Source: an uncultured bacterium
GTDB taxonomy: Bacteria; Babelota; Babeliae; Babelales; JABCYS01
Assembly: GCA_963705705.1 (NCBI GenBank)
Contig: CAVPKK010000007.1
Coordinates: forward strand, 192,001 to 256,000
Length of the DNA stretch: 64,000 nucleotides
Reading direction: 5' to 3'
Position 1 is the first letter of the stretch. Each line of letters starts with the position of its first letter. The notes beneath the pieces are model-generated. The model had not been told where the DNA came from. It saw only the letters and a list, made by a program, of their open reading frames with translations, and did not search any database. Shown here piece by piece: positions 50,459-59,376 of this stretch. Position numbers and translations under genes: made by a program.

Positions 50459-52183
50459 TTATAACTCAGTTACAGTACCCGGGAAATAGGAAAGTACTAA
50501 ATTTGTTTTTTGCCATTGTTCTTTATCAGTAATATCTATTTTCTTACCAGCAGGCTCAGCAGCGGCTTCTCTTTTCGGCTGCCATTTTCTTGCCGGCATG
50601 CCATTTGGTACTCGAACCGTTGCTACCGCTTTCGGTTGTATTGCAGGTAGTGGTTTGGTGGGTTTAGGTAATTCTCGTTGTATGGGAGCAGCGATAGTAG
50701 CACTCAATTTTGCAGTTAATGTGGCTTGCGCGCCGAAAATTTCTTTGATTAATGGTAACCAATTATTGGTTGTATCTTTTAACCAATCAATAAAAAAGGC
50801 GCTTTGTTCCGGGAATAATAGCTCGATAACATTTGCATCGTTCATACCATTAAACGCTGCTTGATTAAAAATTGAACGAACAAGCGGATCACCCAGTTCA
50901 TCAATGCGAGAAAGAAATTGAGGCCAAGGCCCACTTTGCACTGCTCCGCCACCCACTTGATCCCCCATAAACGGATCTGTATTTTCTGAGTTCGGCGTAT
51001 CCTCATTCAAATGCTCAATTGGTTCGACAGCGCTTACAAGAAGGTCCCCGTTTTCAGTTTTTTTTTCCTGCATCATTTTCTTAGCAGAAGGGATTGGTGT
51101 CGATGAACCAGAGCCACCATCATGCTCATGTGTGCACTTCAACAATATAAATTCCAGCATGCGATGTTTTTTGGTTGTCCGCGAAAACGGTAGCTCGTAG
51201 CTATACAGTGTTTCCAAAACATCCAAGAGTCGATGTAGTGATACTTTTGGTAGTTGAACAGTATGACTCTTTTTCTCCATCGCCTGACGAATTAATTCAA
51301 TCAATCCATCATAGATTTTTTCAGGTGCAAATGCCGCAATATTTAACGCGTGTATGGTTTCCAATAGCTCGGCTGCTGACTGCAGCAATATACTGGTTAA
51401 TAATTGAGCGAGCTGTTCTTCGCTCATGCGGCCAAGAACGGTGCGCACTGATTCGGCAGTCACATTGGCAGCAGATAAACGCACTTGCTCCAATAAATTA
51501 ATAGCATCGCGAACTGAGCCCTCTGACTCTTTAACGATCAGACGTAGCGCTTCATCTTCGAATTGAATTTGTTCTTCTTGGCAAATTTTCTGCAGATGGG
51601 CTGCAAGTTCCGTTGGCGAAACAGGTGTGAAAAATAATTGGAAGCACCGAGACCGCACCGTTTCAATAATTTTTTCTTGGTCGGTAGTTGCCAACATAAA
51701 CAATACGGAAGCTGGTGGCTCTTCCAATATTTTGAGCAGTGCATTAAAGGCAGCTTTGCTCAACATATGAGCTTCATCGATAAGATATATTTTTTTGCGA
51801 CCGAGCACCGGCAATAATGAAGCTGCTTCTATAATCTGACGCACATGATCAACCCCGGTATGGGATGCCGCATCAATTTCAATAAAATCCGGATGCGATC
51901 CTGTTTGCATGGCTTTGCACGAAGCGCATTGGCCACAGGGAAGTTCTTGCGTCTTAGGCGATAGACGAAAATTGGGTAGTTGTTCGCAATTGATTGCAGC
52001 TGAGAAAACTCGCGCCGTTGAAGTTTTTCCGCAGCCTCGCTGCCCAGAAAGGAGGTAAACGGGAAAAAGCAGATCACGATACAGGCCATTTTTGAGCATT
52101 CGCACAGCAATATCTTGGCCGATAATGGTAGCGAACTGCTGTGATCGCCATTTACGTGCAAGATTTAAAGTTGCTGTTGCCAT
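50459..52183 (-). CDS. dnaX: DNA polymerase III subunit gamma/tau
   Basis: LARKWR, GQRGCGKT, EIDAAS, IDEAHML, FNALLKILEEPP, SRC. Confidence 0.97.
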   Translation of the reverse strand: MATATLNLARKWRSQQFATIIGQDIAVRMLKNGLYRDLLFPVYLLSGQRGCGKTSTARVFSAAINCEQLPNFRLSPKTQELPCGQCASCKAMQTGSHPDFIEIDAASHTGVDHVRQIIEAASLLPVLGRKKIYLIDEAHMLSKAAFNALLKILEEPPASVLFMLATTDQEKIIETVRSRCFQLFFTPVSPTELAAHLQKICQEEQIQFEDEALRLIVKESEGSVRDAINLLEQVRLSAANVTAESVRTVLGRMSEEQLAQLLTSILLQSAAELLETIHALNIAAFAPEKIYDGLIELIRQAMEKKSHTVQLPKVSLHRLLDVLETLYSYELPFSRTTKKHRMLEFILLKCTHEHDGGSGSSTPIPSAKKMMQEKKTENGDLLVSAVEPIEHLNEDTPNSENTDPFMGDQVGGGAVQSGPWPQFLSRIDELGDPLVRSIFNQAAFNGMNDANVIELLFPEQSAFFIDWLKDTTNNWLPLIKEIFGAQATLTAKLSATIAAPIQRELPKPTKPLPAIQPKAVATVRVPNGMPARKWQPKREAAAEPAGKKIDITDKEQWQKTNLVLSYFPGTVTEL

Positions 52184-52263
52184 GATTGATGCTGCATACC
52201 CGTCTATAATGTTTTCCCGCTTGATCCGTCGACAGGTGTTCGGTCGTCGCCGTGGCTATAAGT

Positions 52264-52950
52264 TCAAGTTGATCCAAATTGATAATACCACAAAAGCATT
52301 ACAAATGCTGCCAGTGAAAGGGATGCTTTTGGACGCCGCTGTAAGATATTTCCCCGCTCAAGCCTATCTGAAGGAATATCCAGTTTAAGTCTATAGTAAA
52401 AGTCCTTGCCCTTTATTCGAGTTTGCATAGGACACTGAAAGTTCTTTTTTTCATACAGTTTTTGAGCATTTATATTATCACTCTGTACCGCAAGTATTAT
52501 ATTTGGAGCGTTAAGCTTCTTCAATTCCTCTATAGCATGGTCAAGCAAGAGCGTGCCGTAACCCTTCTTTTGATGTTCTGTATCAACACCGATAAGGTGA
52601 AGAAGGCCGTGCCGAGCAATGTGAAAGCTCAGAATATTCATGTCATATGCAGCATAGTTAACAAAACCTACAGTTTTGCCATCGACACGAAGTACATCGG
52701 TTGCATATTTCGGACTTACCAAATACTTTTCAGTGGTGCCAGCTGCATATCCTCTGCTCTCATATGTGAGATGCGGGAAAGCGGTCAAGATTTTTTGCAC
52801 AGCAGTTCCATCACGCTGTTGTTGATACCGTTCGATAACAACTTTAAGCCCACTAGTCTTGGCGTCATCCCGGTCTGCCATTGCATGCAATGAGCCGTCG
52901 ACCATAAACCATGAGAAAATAATTGCGCATATACTAAATGTCGTTGTCAC
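52264..52950 (-). CDS. GNAT acetyltransferase with hydrophobic termini
   Basis: VDTEHQKKGYGTLLL, NINAQKLYEK. Confidence 0.85.
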   Translation of the reverse strand: MTTTFSICAIIFSWFMVDGSLHAMADRDDAKTSGLKVVIERYQQQRDGTAVQKILTAFPHLTYESRGYAAGTTEKYLVSPKYATDVLRVDGKTVGFVNYAAYDMNILSFHIARHGLLHLIGVDTEHQKKGYGTLLLDHAIEELKKLNAPNIILAVQSDNINAQKLYEKKNFQCPMQTRIKGKDFYYRLKLDIPSDRLERGNILQRRPKASLSLAAFVMLLWYYQFGST

Positions 52951-53001
52951 AGTATTTAGTGTCCCACATTAACTGATTGTGTAATATACATTATAGAAAA
53001 A

Positions 53002-53083
53002 CGGAAAGGGCTCCCATCCGCTGCCACCCTCGCTGCTTCCTTTCGGATCTGACGAATTTGATGGCTGGTATGTAGCCCTTCCC
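53002..53083 (-). ncRNA. ffs: SRP RNA (4.5S)
   Basis: Minus strand TCAGATCCGAAAGGAAGCAGC domain IV, paired termini, tRNA-Ser/ffs/dnaX context. Confidence 0.9.
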
Positions 53084-53168
53084 AAGTTATTGTATTTGTT
53101 GTCCGCCGCCGCTTTTTTACCTAATGTTGGTTTTCGTGATCATGCACCAGGTTTATCAAAGGCAACAT

Positions 53169-53259
53169 TGGCGGAGGAGAGAGGGATCGAACCTCCGATG
53201 CCCCTTTCGGAGCATACACGATTTCCAATCGTGCGCATTAACCGCTCTGCCACTCCTCC
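53169..53259 (-). tRNA. tRNA-Ser(GGA)
   Basis: cacga-ttggaaa-tcgtg, long variable arm, CCA encoded. Confidence 0.96.
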
Positions 53260-53281
53260 ATACTTTAGCCGAAGTCGTCTA

Positions 53282-53326
53282 CCATCGCACTTTGATCCTT
53301 CGATCAACTCAGGGTGAGCGCGATGG
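53282..53326 (+). repeat. Minimal palindromic element
   Basis: ccatcgcactttgatccttcgatcaactcagggtgagcgcgatgg. Confidence 0.8.
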
Positions 53327-53337
53327 CCAAGCAAAAA

Positions 53338-54192
53338 TTACTTTGTTGCAGGAGCGCGGCGTGGGCGTGATGGCTTTTTATTAGCAGCTGCTTTGTTTTC
53401 TTCGGATTCCACTTCTTCAAAACCAGGAATATGGATTTCAGTCGCGGCGGAGGTTGCTGCTGGCGTTTCTTCGCCCGCAGTGGCTGCGGCTTCGGCTGCT
53501 GCTTGTTTATCAGCAACACCTTTTGCCGTACCACGCTCAACTGCCTGGATGAGGTAATCAATAATCACCTTCACTGCTTTTGGCGCATCATCATTGCCTG
53601 GGATCACATAGTTAACCAATGATGGGTCACCATTTGTGTCGACCAATGCAACTACCGGAATGCCAAGTGCTACTGCTTCGCGAAGAGCTGTTTGCTCTTT
53701 CTTAACATCAATGAGCACCAGGGCGCCAACAGGCCAACGAAGGTTGCGAATACCGCCAACAGTTCGTTGCAAGCGATCAGCATTCTTTTGGAATGTTACA
53801 AGTTCTTTTTTGGTATACGGGAACTGTTCCGATTTATCAATAACATCTTCAAGATGAAGTAATTTTGTTACTGCCTTACGAACCTCAGGTCGATTGGTAA
53901 GGGTACCACCAACCCAGCGGCTAGTAATTGTCGGCATATTAAGCTTTTGAGCATCGGCCATAGCCGGTTGTGCAGATTTCTTGGTTCCTACCCAAAGGAT
54001 TTGCTTACCTTCGGCTGCTAGGCCTTCAAGAAATTTAGCTGCTTTTTCGAGTTGGATTGCTGTTTTAGATACATCGATAAGATGGATGCCACTGCGTTGT
54101 CCCCAGATGAATGGAGCATTTTTTGGGTTCCAACGAGAGGTTTGGTGGCCAAATTGAACGCCAGCTTGTGCTAGCTTTCTAAAGTCGATCAT
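53338..54192 (-). CDS. rpsB: 30S ribosomal protein S2
   Basis: AGVQFGHQTSRWNP, VGTK, RWVGGTLTN, IPGNDDA. Confidence 0.98.
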   Translation of the reverse strand: MIDFRKLAQAGVQFGHQTSRWNPKNAPFIWGQRSGIHLIDVSKTAIQLEKAAKFLEGLAAEGKQILWVGTKKSAQPAMADAQKLNMPTITSRWVGGTLTNRPEVRKAVTKLLHLEDVIDKSEQFPYTKKELVTFQKNADRLQRTVGGIRNLRWPVGALVLIDVKKEQTALREAVALGIPVVALVDTNGDPSLVNYVIPGNDDAPKAVKVIIDYLIQAVERGTAKGVADKQAAAEAAATAGEETPAATSAATEIHIPGFEEVESEENKAAANKKPSRPRRAPATK

Positions 54193-54197
54193 GTGTT

Positions 54198-54285
54198 TCC
54201 TTGCAGGGTTTTGATAATGATCTCTTGGTCCGATGACCACCCTGTATAAGAGACCAAATGTTAATAAAGTTGACCTATTATAGCA
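54198..54285 (-). promoter_or_regulatory. rpsB extended -10 promoter and structured leader
   Basis: TGCTATAAT; hairpin with bulged CAGGGT complementary to ACCCTG beside the SD. Confidence 0.6.
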
Positions 54286-54309
54286 GAAATAAGGTTGTTG
54301 TTTAGGGGG

Positions 54310-55290
54310 TTATAGGCCATTGATAAGCGTATCGCGAGCCTGGGTTATCTCCCTGAACCTTTGCTGAATGACAGGGTCTTCCCCTCCTGGTCTGTCAGGA
54401 TGGTACTTGAGACCGAGTTTCCTATATACCAACTCTACTTGTGCCCTTGTAGGATTTGCCGGCAATGGCCCAAATTCACGATATTCGGGCTTTTCCGTAC
54501 ATAGCTCTGTCCAGGCATGAGCCAGGCAATTGAAAGCTTCTGCTTTTTCTTCATTCGACTTTTGCTGCGCCCCAGTAATCGGGAATTTAATCCCTACCTC
54601 TGCAGGCCTCAAATGATCATTCCACCATTGCTCAGAAGCGATTTCTTGCATTTCATCGAGAACAAGCGGTATTTCGGGACCCAACCGCCCGACATCTTTA
54701 AGTATCTCAAATTCCATTTTATTATGACCCGAATAACCTCTCTCAATATTTTTTAAAACTTCTAACACAAAGCCTCGCGCCCGGCCCTGACGCTCATCAA
54801 GTTGAAGGTGCTTTCGTGTTTCAATAAGCCGTACGAATGCATTTCGTAGCTCTTGCTTTGCTTCAGCCTCTTCTTTCTCAAAAGCTTGCTTTTGCTTGTT
54901 ATAAACAACTCGCTCACTACTGAATTTTTTGTAGATGCAACCAGCGACTGTAGCAATCCCAAGCCATGACATTCCTAGCGTGGAAAGTTGCCATTGCTGC
55001 CGTTCAAAACTTTTTTTCAGTGCAGAGACAGTTGCAACATCGCCAAGATCTTGTGCATATTTTATAGCTTGCCAATATATTCCGGCTTCGGACTCACCTT
55101 CAGCAACGCCGCGCACCACTGCTCCCATTTCAGCACTACTATACCAGTTAATATAGCTCAACAGACCATTATGGTTTTTCACCGCCTGATACAAATCGAT
55201 TACACAAGATTTGTTTTGTTCGACAGAAATAATTGGTGATGTGCCAATTAACAAGGCTAGATATAGATACTTTTTGAATGAGAAGCTCAT
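54310..55290 (-). CDS. Signal peptide + TM + C-terminal J-domain protein (type B, copy 2)
   Basis: YRKLGLKYHPDR..FREITQARDTL. Confidence 0.85.
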   Translation of the reverse strand: MSFSFKKYLYLALLIGTSPIISVEQNKSCVIDLYQAVKNHNGLLSYINWYSSAEMGAVVRGVAEGESEAGIYWQAIKYAQDLGDVATVSALKKSFERQQWQLSTLGMSWLGIATVAGCIYKKFSSERVVYNKQKQAFEKEEAEAKQELRNAFVRLIETRKHLQLDERQGRARGFVLEVLKNIERGYSGHNKMEFEILKDVGRLGPEIPLVLDEMQEIASEQWWNDHLRPAEVGIKFPITGAQQKSNEEKAEAFNCLAHAWTELCTEKPEYREFGPLPANPTRAQVELVYRKLGLKYHPDRPGGEDPVIQQRFREITQARDTLINGL

Positions 55291-55291
55291 A

Positions 55292-55996
55292 TTAGATATT
55301 CCTTCTATCGATGGAACTTTTTATTTCACGAGCTTCATTTTCATATGCAGCCTTCTGGCGTTGGCGATTCGCGATTTGTTCTTGAGCTCTTGCCAATTCT
55401 TGCGCAACTTCTTCTTTTGTACTGCCAAACCCGAATTCAGAGTCATCTTTCTTAATGCGCCATTCAGTTTTGGATCCATTGAAATGTTTTGGCTTTTCCG
55501 TGACTGCTACATAAACGCCACCAATCATAATAAGCGCCGTTATCCATGTTGCCGAATAAATTTTCTTAACTAAAGGATTAGCGGGCGCCATCTGCTCAGT
55601 TAAAAGCCACGTAAACCACAAGCCAATTTCAGCATCGCCCATTTCTTTGGCATATGCCGTAACTTTATAATAAAGTGCCGCACGGTCATCACCAGCTTTT
55701 TGTGCCATTTTGAAGAGAGGACTGATTCTTGCAGATGCCCATGCAGTTTTCGTTTTTACTAATATATTCCCATCTAATTGAGGAGTCGAAGTTTCATCTT
55801 CTGCGGACACACCGTTCTCCTCAATTTTCATCTGCGATTGTGAAAATCCATTACTTCGGAGTTGGTCATGACATTCTTTAATTATTTTATAGAAAGAAAC
55901 TACGTAGTCTGGATACGATGATTTTTCAGGCTCGGCCTGCACGAGTGAGGCAATGGCGAGAAACAGAAATAAAGGACTAGTTTTTTGCATAGCCAT
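55292..55996 (-). CDS. Signal peptide + TM hypothetical protein (type A, copy 2)
   Basis: PDYVVSFY..GDDRAALYYK..YAKEMGDAEIG matches 56724-57275. Confidence 0.8.
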   Translation of the reverse strand: MAMQKTSPLFLFLAIASLVQAEPEKSSYPDYVVSFYKIIKECHDQLRSNGFSQSQMKIEENGVSAEDETSTPQLDGNILVKTKTAWASARISPLFKMAQKAGDDRAALYYKVTAYAKEMGDAEIGLWFTWLLTEQMAPANPLVKKIYSATWITALIMIGGVYVAVTEKPKHFNGSKTEWRIKKDDSEFGFGSTKEEVAQELARAQEQIANRQRQKAAYENEAREIKSSIDRRNI

Positions 55997-56021
55997 CTAG
56001 GATTAAAAGTAGTGTGTAGAG

Positions 56022-56711
56022 CTATTCATCATCCGGGCCAGGTTGGTCTGGTCTCAGGCCTTTTACTAGTATGTCGCGCGCATGTGTTATGGCTACGCTT
56101 TTCGCTGGGGCCAATGCTCGAGCAGCTGGACCACCCCAACGCGCCGCTCTATCTGGATGCCAATGCATTTGAAGGGTTCGATAAGCTGCATTTATATCAG
56201 CTTCATTTGGAATCCCAATCGGATCCAACTGTGGCTGACCCATATCATTTAATTCACGGTTGAAGATCTGATAGCCCTCAAGACGCTCTTCTAATGCTTT
56301 GCTTTGCCTAATATCCTCATGCACCGCACTGATCTGCCTAAATCTATACTTAAACAGCTGATATCCAGCTGCAATGCCAACCCAAAAAATTGCATAGAAC
56401 GGCACATTCAAACCTTCTTGTGCGGCAAAACTCTTTTTTAAGGCTACTGCAGTTTTAGGATCCCCGATGTCATAGGCATATTCAGCTGCCTGCCAATATA
56501 TCGAGGCTTTTGATGCACCCGCAGCCTCGCCTTGACGGACTGCCTCTTTCTCTTGGCTGCTATACCAAATAATATAGGATTTCAGGCCAGTATTGTTTTT
56601 AACAGCGGTATAGAGATCGATCACATACGGCTTAACATCTTTATGCTCAATCCCAGATAACGGGGCCATGCTAAATAAGCAGGCGAGTATCAGTAGAAAT
56701 CTTTGTTGCAT
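56022..56711 (-). CDS. Signal peptide + TM + J-domain protein (type B, copy 1)
   Basis: AYRTLQMHWHPDR..ITHARDIL; N-domain matches 54310-55290. Confidence 0.8.
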   Translation of the reverse strand: MQQRFLLILACLFSMAPLSGIEHKDVKPYVIDLYTAVKNNTGLKSYIIWYSSQEKEAVRQGEAAGASKASIYWQAAEYAYDIGDPKTAVALKKSFAAQEGLNVPFYAIFWVGIAAGYQLFKYRFRQISAVHEDIRQSKALEERLEGYQIFNRELNDMGQPQLDPIGIPNEADINAAYRTLQMHWHPDRAARWGGPAARALAPAKSVAITHARDILVKGLRPDQPGPDDE

Positions 56712-56723
56712 GATCTTTAACCT

Positions 56724-57275
56724 CTATCTCCATAACACTAAATCTTGTGAAGCTGGCGCGTACATTGCTCGCCGCTTAACCTCTGCGTAATTACTCACCG
56801 GCCGATAGCTAAATGCAATTATAAGTCCGGCAATTGTTGCCATTGCTGCCATCGAGGTAAATGAAGCGAGAGTCCCTAACCAGCCCGGCACATTGGTTTC
56901 AGCCATTTCATGTGCTAATAAAAAATTCATCCAGGCAGCAATCTCGTTGTCGCCACGTTCAATCGCATATTGAGCTGTTTTATAAAAGAGAGCTGCCGTA
57001 TCGTCGCCGTGGGATTTGGCTTCATCAAAGGAATCTATACTCATATTGATATTGTTTGGTAGTAAGCCTGAAATGTCTGTTGCAGTTATGCCGTGTACTG
57101 TGATGAACATGCGTTCTGGCTTGTATCCCTGCTTAGTAAGTTTTTCATAACCAGATTTTGCAAAATCATATAAAGAAATCACATAGTCCGGAACCATATT
57201 AGCGGTCGGCACTGCATATAAAATCGGACTCATGCCGAATGCAAAAACGAGGCTTAATTGTATCTTTTTTATCAT
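56724..57275 (-). CDS. Signal peptide + TM hypothetical protein (type A, copy 1)
   Basis: PDYVISLY..GDDTAALFYK..YAIERGDNEIA. Confidence 0.8.
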   Translation of the reverse strand: MIKKIQLSLVFAFGMSPILYAVPTANMVPDYVISLYDFAKSGYEKLTKQGYKPERMFITVHGITATDISGLLPNNINMSIDSFDEAKSHGDDTAALFYKTAQYAIERGDNEIAAWMNFLLAHEMAETNVPGWLGTLASFTSMAAMATIAGLIIAFSYRPVSNYAEVKRRAMYAPASQDLVLWR

Positions 57276-57352
57276 GTTTATACCCGTATTTGATTTTAGG
57301 GGAATACAGGATACCTCTTGCGCATTAGATCGCAACGGCTGGTTAGGATATG

Positions 57353-58825
57353 TCAGGCTGCAACGATTTTTTCTTCCTCAGCGCCAATTACTTCATTATT
57401 ATTGATCGCCTGCTCATATCGCTTGCCCAATAGAAAAGCCGTAGCAAACCACAGGCTCAGAATAGAAGCAAAGAATACAGATAGCATCGGCAGATATACT
57501 GCTGCACTAACTGAGGCGGTCACAATATTAAAGGTAGAGCCGGTACTTTTTGCCAGTTTTGATCCAAACGTATCAATCCATGACTTAGACTTGAATTTAA
57601 GATCTTTAATGGTCGGAATATATAAGCTCTCGCGCAATGGTTGGGTGAATGCGTAATTAATAACACGCAATGCTATAAAGCTTATTGCTACAGAGCTAGC
57701 ACTATAAAAGAGCAATACATATATAAGGAACAGCCCGCTGAGGGCTGGGATAAGCATCAAGCACACACGCTCGCCCAACCGTTTTACTAAAGGTTGAGTG
57801 CCAAAAACAGCAAAAACGCTGCCAATGGCTTGGATGAAGAAGATCGGCTCATATAGAGCACAGGTAATTTCGGACATGCTGCTTGCATAGCGTTGTGCCT
57901 CATAAACGCGCAGGTAACTAAAAACTACATAAATAGTTTCGTATAAGAAGACCATACCAAATATACCGAGAACATATGGTTGCCGCACAAAGAGCATTAA
58001 ACCACTTACCATACTTTTTAATGAATTATACATATCATGGAAAGCCCGCTTAATAGGAGAGCCTATATGCGCCACAAACTTTCTTTCCACTTTGGCTTCT
58101 TCCTTTTTGCGTTGCCGTTCAAATTGATACGCAGCTTCATATCCGTGCAGATAAGCGCCTGGCACATATCTCATAAATACGTAAATAACAACACAGGTTA
58201 CCAATAATAATATCGCAGAAAGGACGAGCAGCATCTGATGATTAAAGGTATCAGAAAGCAGTACGTTATCTTTTAAGACGCATGATTTACAGATAAACCA
58301 GGCCAAGGCAGCAGTTAAAGCACCGCCAAACTTAGACGCTGCCGTAATATATGCATAATATTCTTTGGAAAATTGAGGGCTCGAGACAGAATTAACGAAC
58401 GCCCAAAAGACGCTCACTACAAACGGCGGGTACCCTTCTATAAAAAAGTAGAACAGCCAGCCAAAAAGACGGTATGGACTTTGCTCTGTATTAGGGATCC
58501 CAATGGCTTCATTACCTAAAAGGTAGGCGAATAAAAAACCAAGGACGGCCCATACCCCGCAAAAGATCATAACTAACTGATATCTGCGTACCTTATCGAC
58601 TATTCGCGCATAGATGAAAATGAGTGGAATAAGAATGAACATCGTCAAGATACGAGCCCGGGGGATTGATTCCACACCGACTACGTGTCTGAATACAGAG
58701 CTCTTGATCTCATTAGCAATGGTGTAGGATCCGATGATGAAAAAAAAAGCAGCTCCTAAGAACCATACTTTAAGTCGGTCATAGTAGGCCGCTAGCGCTG
58801 GGTTATGCATCGCGGTATGTGGCAT
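57353..58825 (-). CDS. Nucleotide transporter, ADP/ATP translocase (NTT/TLC) family
   Basis: About 12 TMs, SVFWAFVN, YAFTQPLRESLYIP, KFKSKSWIDTFGSKLAKS; RBS GGAG. Confidence 0.88.
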   Translation of the reverse strand: MPHTAMHNPALAAYYDRLKVWFLGAAFFFIIGSYTIANEIKSSVFRHVVGVESIPRARILTMFILIPLIFIYARIVDKVRRYQLVMIFCGVWAVLGFLFAYLLGNEAIGIPNTEQSPYRLFGWLFYFFIEGYPPFVVSVFWAFVNSVSSPQFSKEYYAYITAASKFGGALTAALAWFICKSCVLKDNVLLSDTFNHQMLLVLSAILLLVTCVVIYVFMRYVPGAYLHGYEAAYQFERQRKKEEAKVERKFVAHIGSPIKRAFHDMYNSLKSMVSGLMLFVRQPYVLGIFGMVFLYETIYVVFSYLRVYEAQRYASSMSEITCALYEPIFFIQAIGSVFAVFGTQPLVKRLGERVCLMLIPALSGLFLIYVLLFYSASSVAISFIALRVINYAFTQPLRESLYIPTIKDLKFKSKSWIDTFGSKLAKSTGSTFNIVTASVSAAVYLPMLSVFFASILSLWFATAFLLGKRYEQAINNNEVIGAEEEKIVAA

Positions 58826-58867
58826 TGTGGCTCCAGTTACTTTATTGCAAGTGGGTATTTTTAGGCA

Positions 58868-58893
58868 CAAAAAAACCCTTCATTCGCGAAGGG
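58868..58893 (-). terminator. Intrinsic terminator upstream of the NTT gene
   Basis: Minus strand CCCTTC-GCGAAT-GAAGGG followed by T8. Confidence 0.75.
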
Positions 58894-58899
58894 CTAATT

Positions 58900-59140
58900 A
58901 AGGCAATACGATTCCTGTCTGGAATTTTGAGTGGCACGCGCCCGCTATATGGCGCTGTGCTTGCTGGGGAATAAATTCCCCGACTCGCTTCTCTATTATG
59001 GGAGTACATCTATCTATAATGGGAGCACAAGTGCTCATAGAGTCCTCGGCTTTGATTCATGTTGTTGGGTTGGCCTAAATAATAGCAGATCGCGCCAACT
59101 TTGTAACCCTCCGGCGGATACGGCCAATTTAACATGCCTT
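58900..59140 (-). ncRNA. Candidate structured ncRNA (possibly 6S-like)
   Basis: Ends pair in a long interrupted stem, followed directly by a terminator. Confidence 0.4.
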
Positions 59141-59303
59141 TTCTATATGTAACCCCCTTGTCCATTCTATATGTAACCTTGGCCAGCCAGACCTAAATGG
59201 GGGGGTGGGATTTTCGCCAAAAGACTGACTTAATGCTATCCTATAGGCTATTCTAAAAATTAGCGAAGTGAGTCGGGGAATTGATTCACCGGCGAGCGCA
59301 GCG
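58953..59303. repeat. 39-bp inverted repeat pair (58953-58991 and 59265-59303)
   Basis: 33/39 identity; each copy contains a GGGGAATT.ATTC.CC hairpin. Confidence 0.75.
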
Positions 59304-59376
59304 AATTTTAGGTGGCATCAGCCACCAACTTATGCCCTTACCTCTGAGTAGCAAAAATACATCAGGAATTTCCAGC

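Noticed and set aside
53090..53384. Short ORFs around 53.1-53.4 kb and ORF 40434-40676
   Set aside because: They overlap tRNA genes and repeats
58900..59140. tmRNA or RNase P RNA
   Set aside because: No tRNA-like ends and no GAGGAAAGUCC motif
59281..59376. N-terminal extension of Lon
   Set aside because: Starts at a TTG inside the inverted repeat; ATG 59377 fits better
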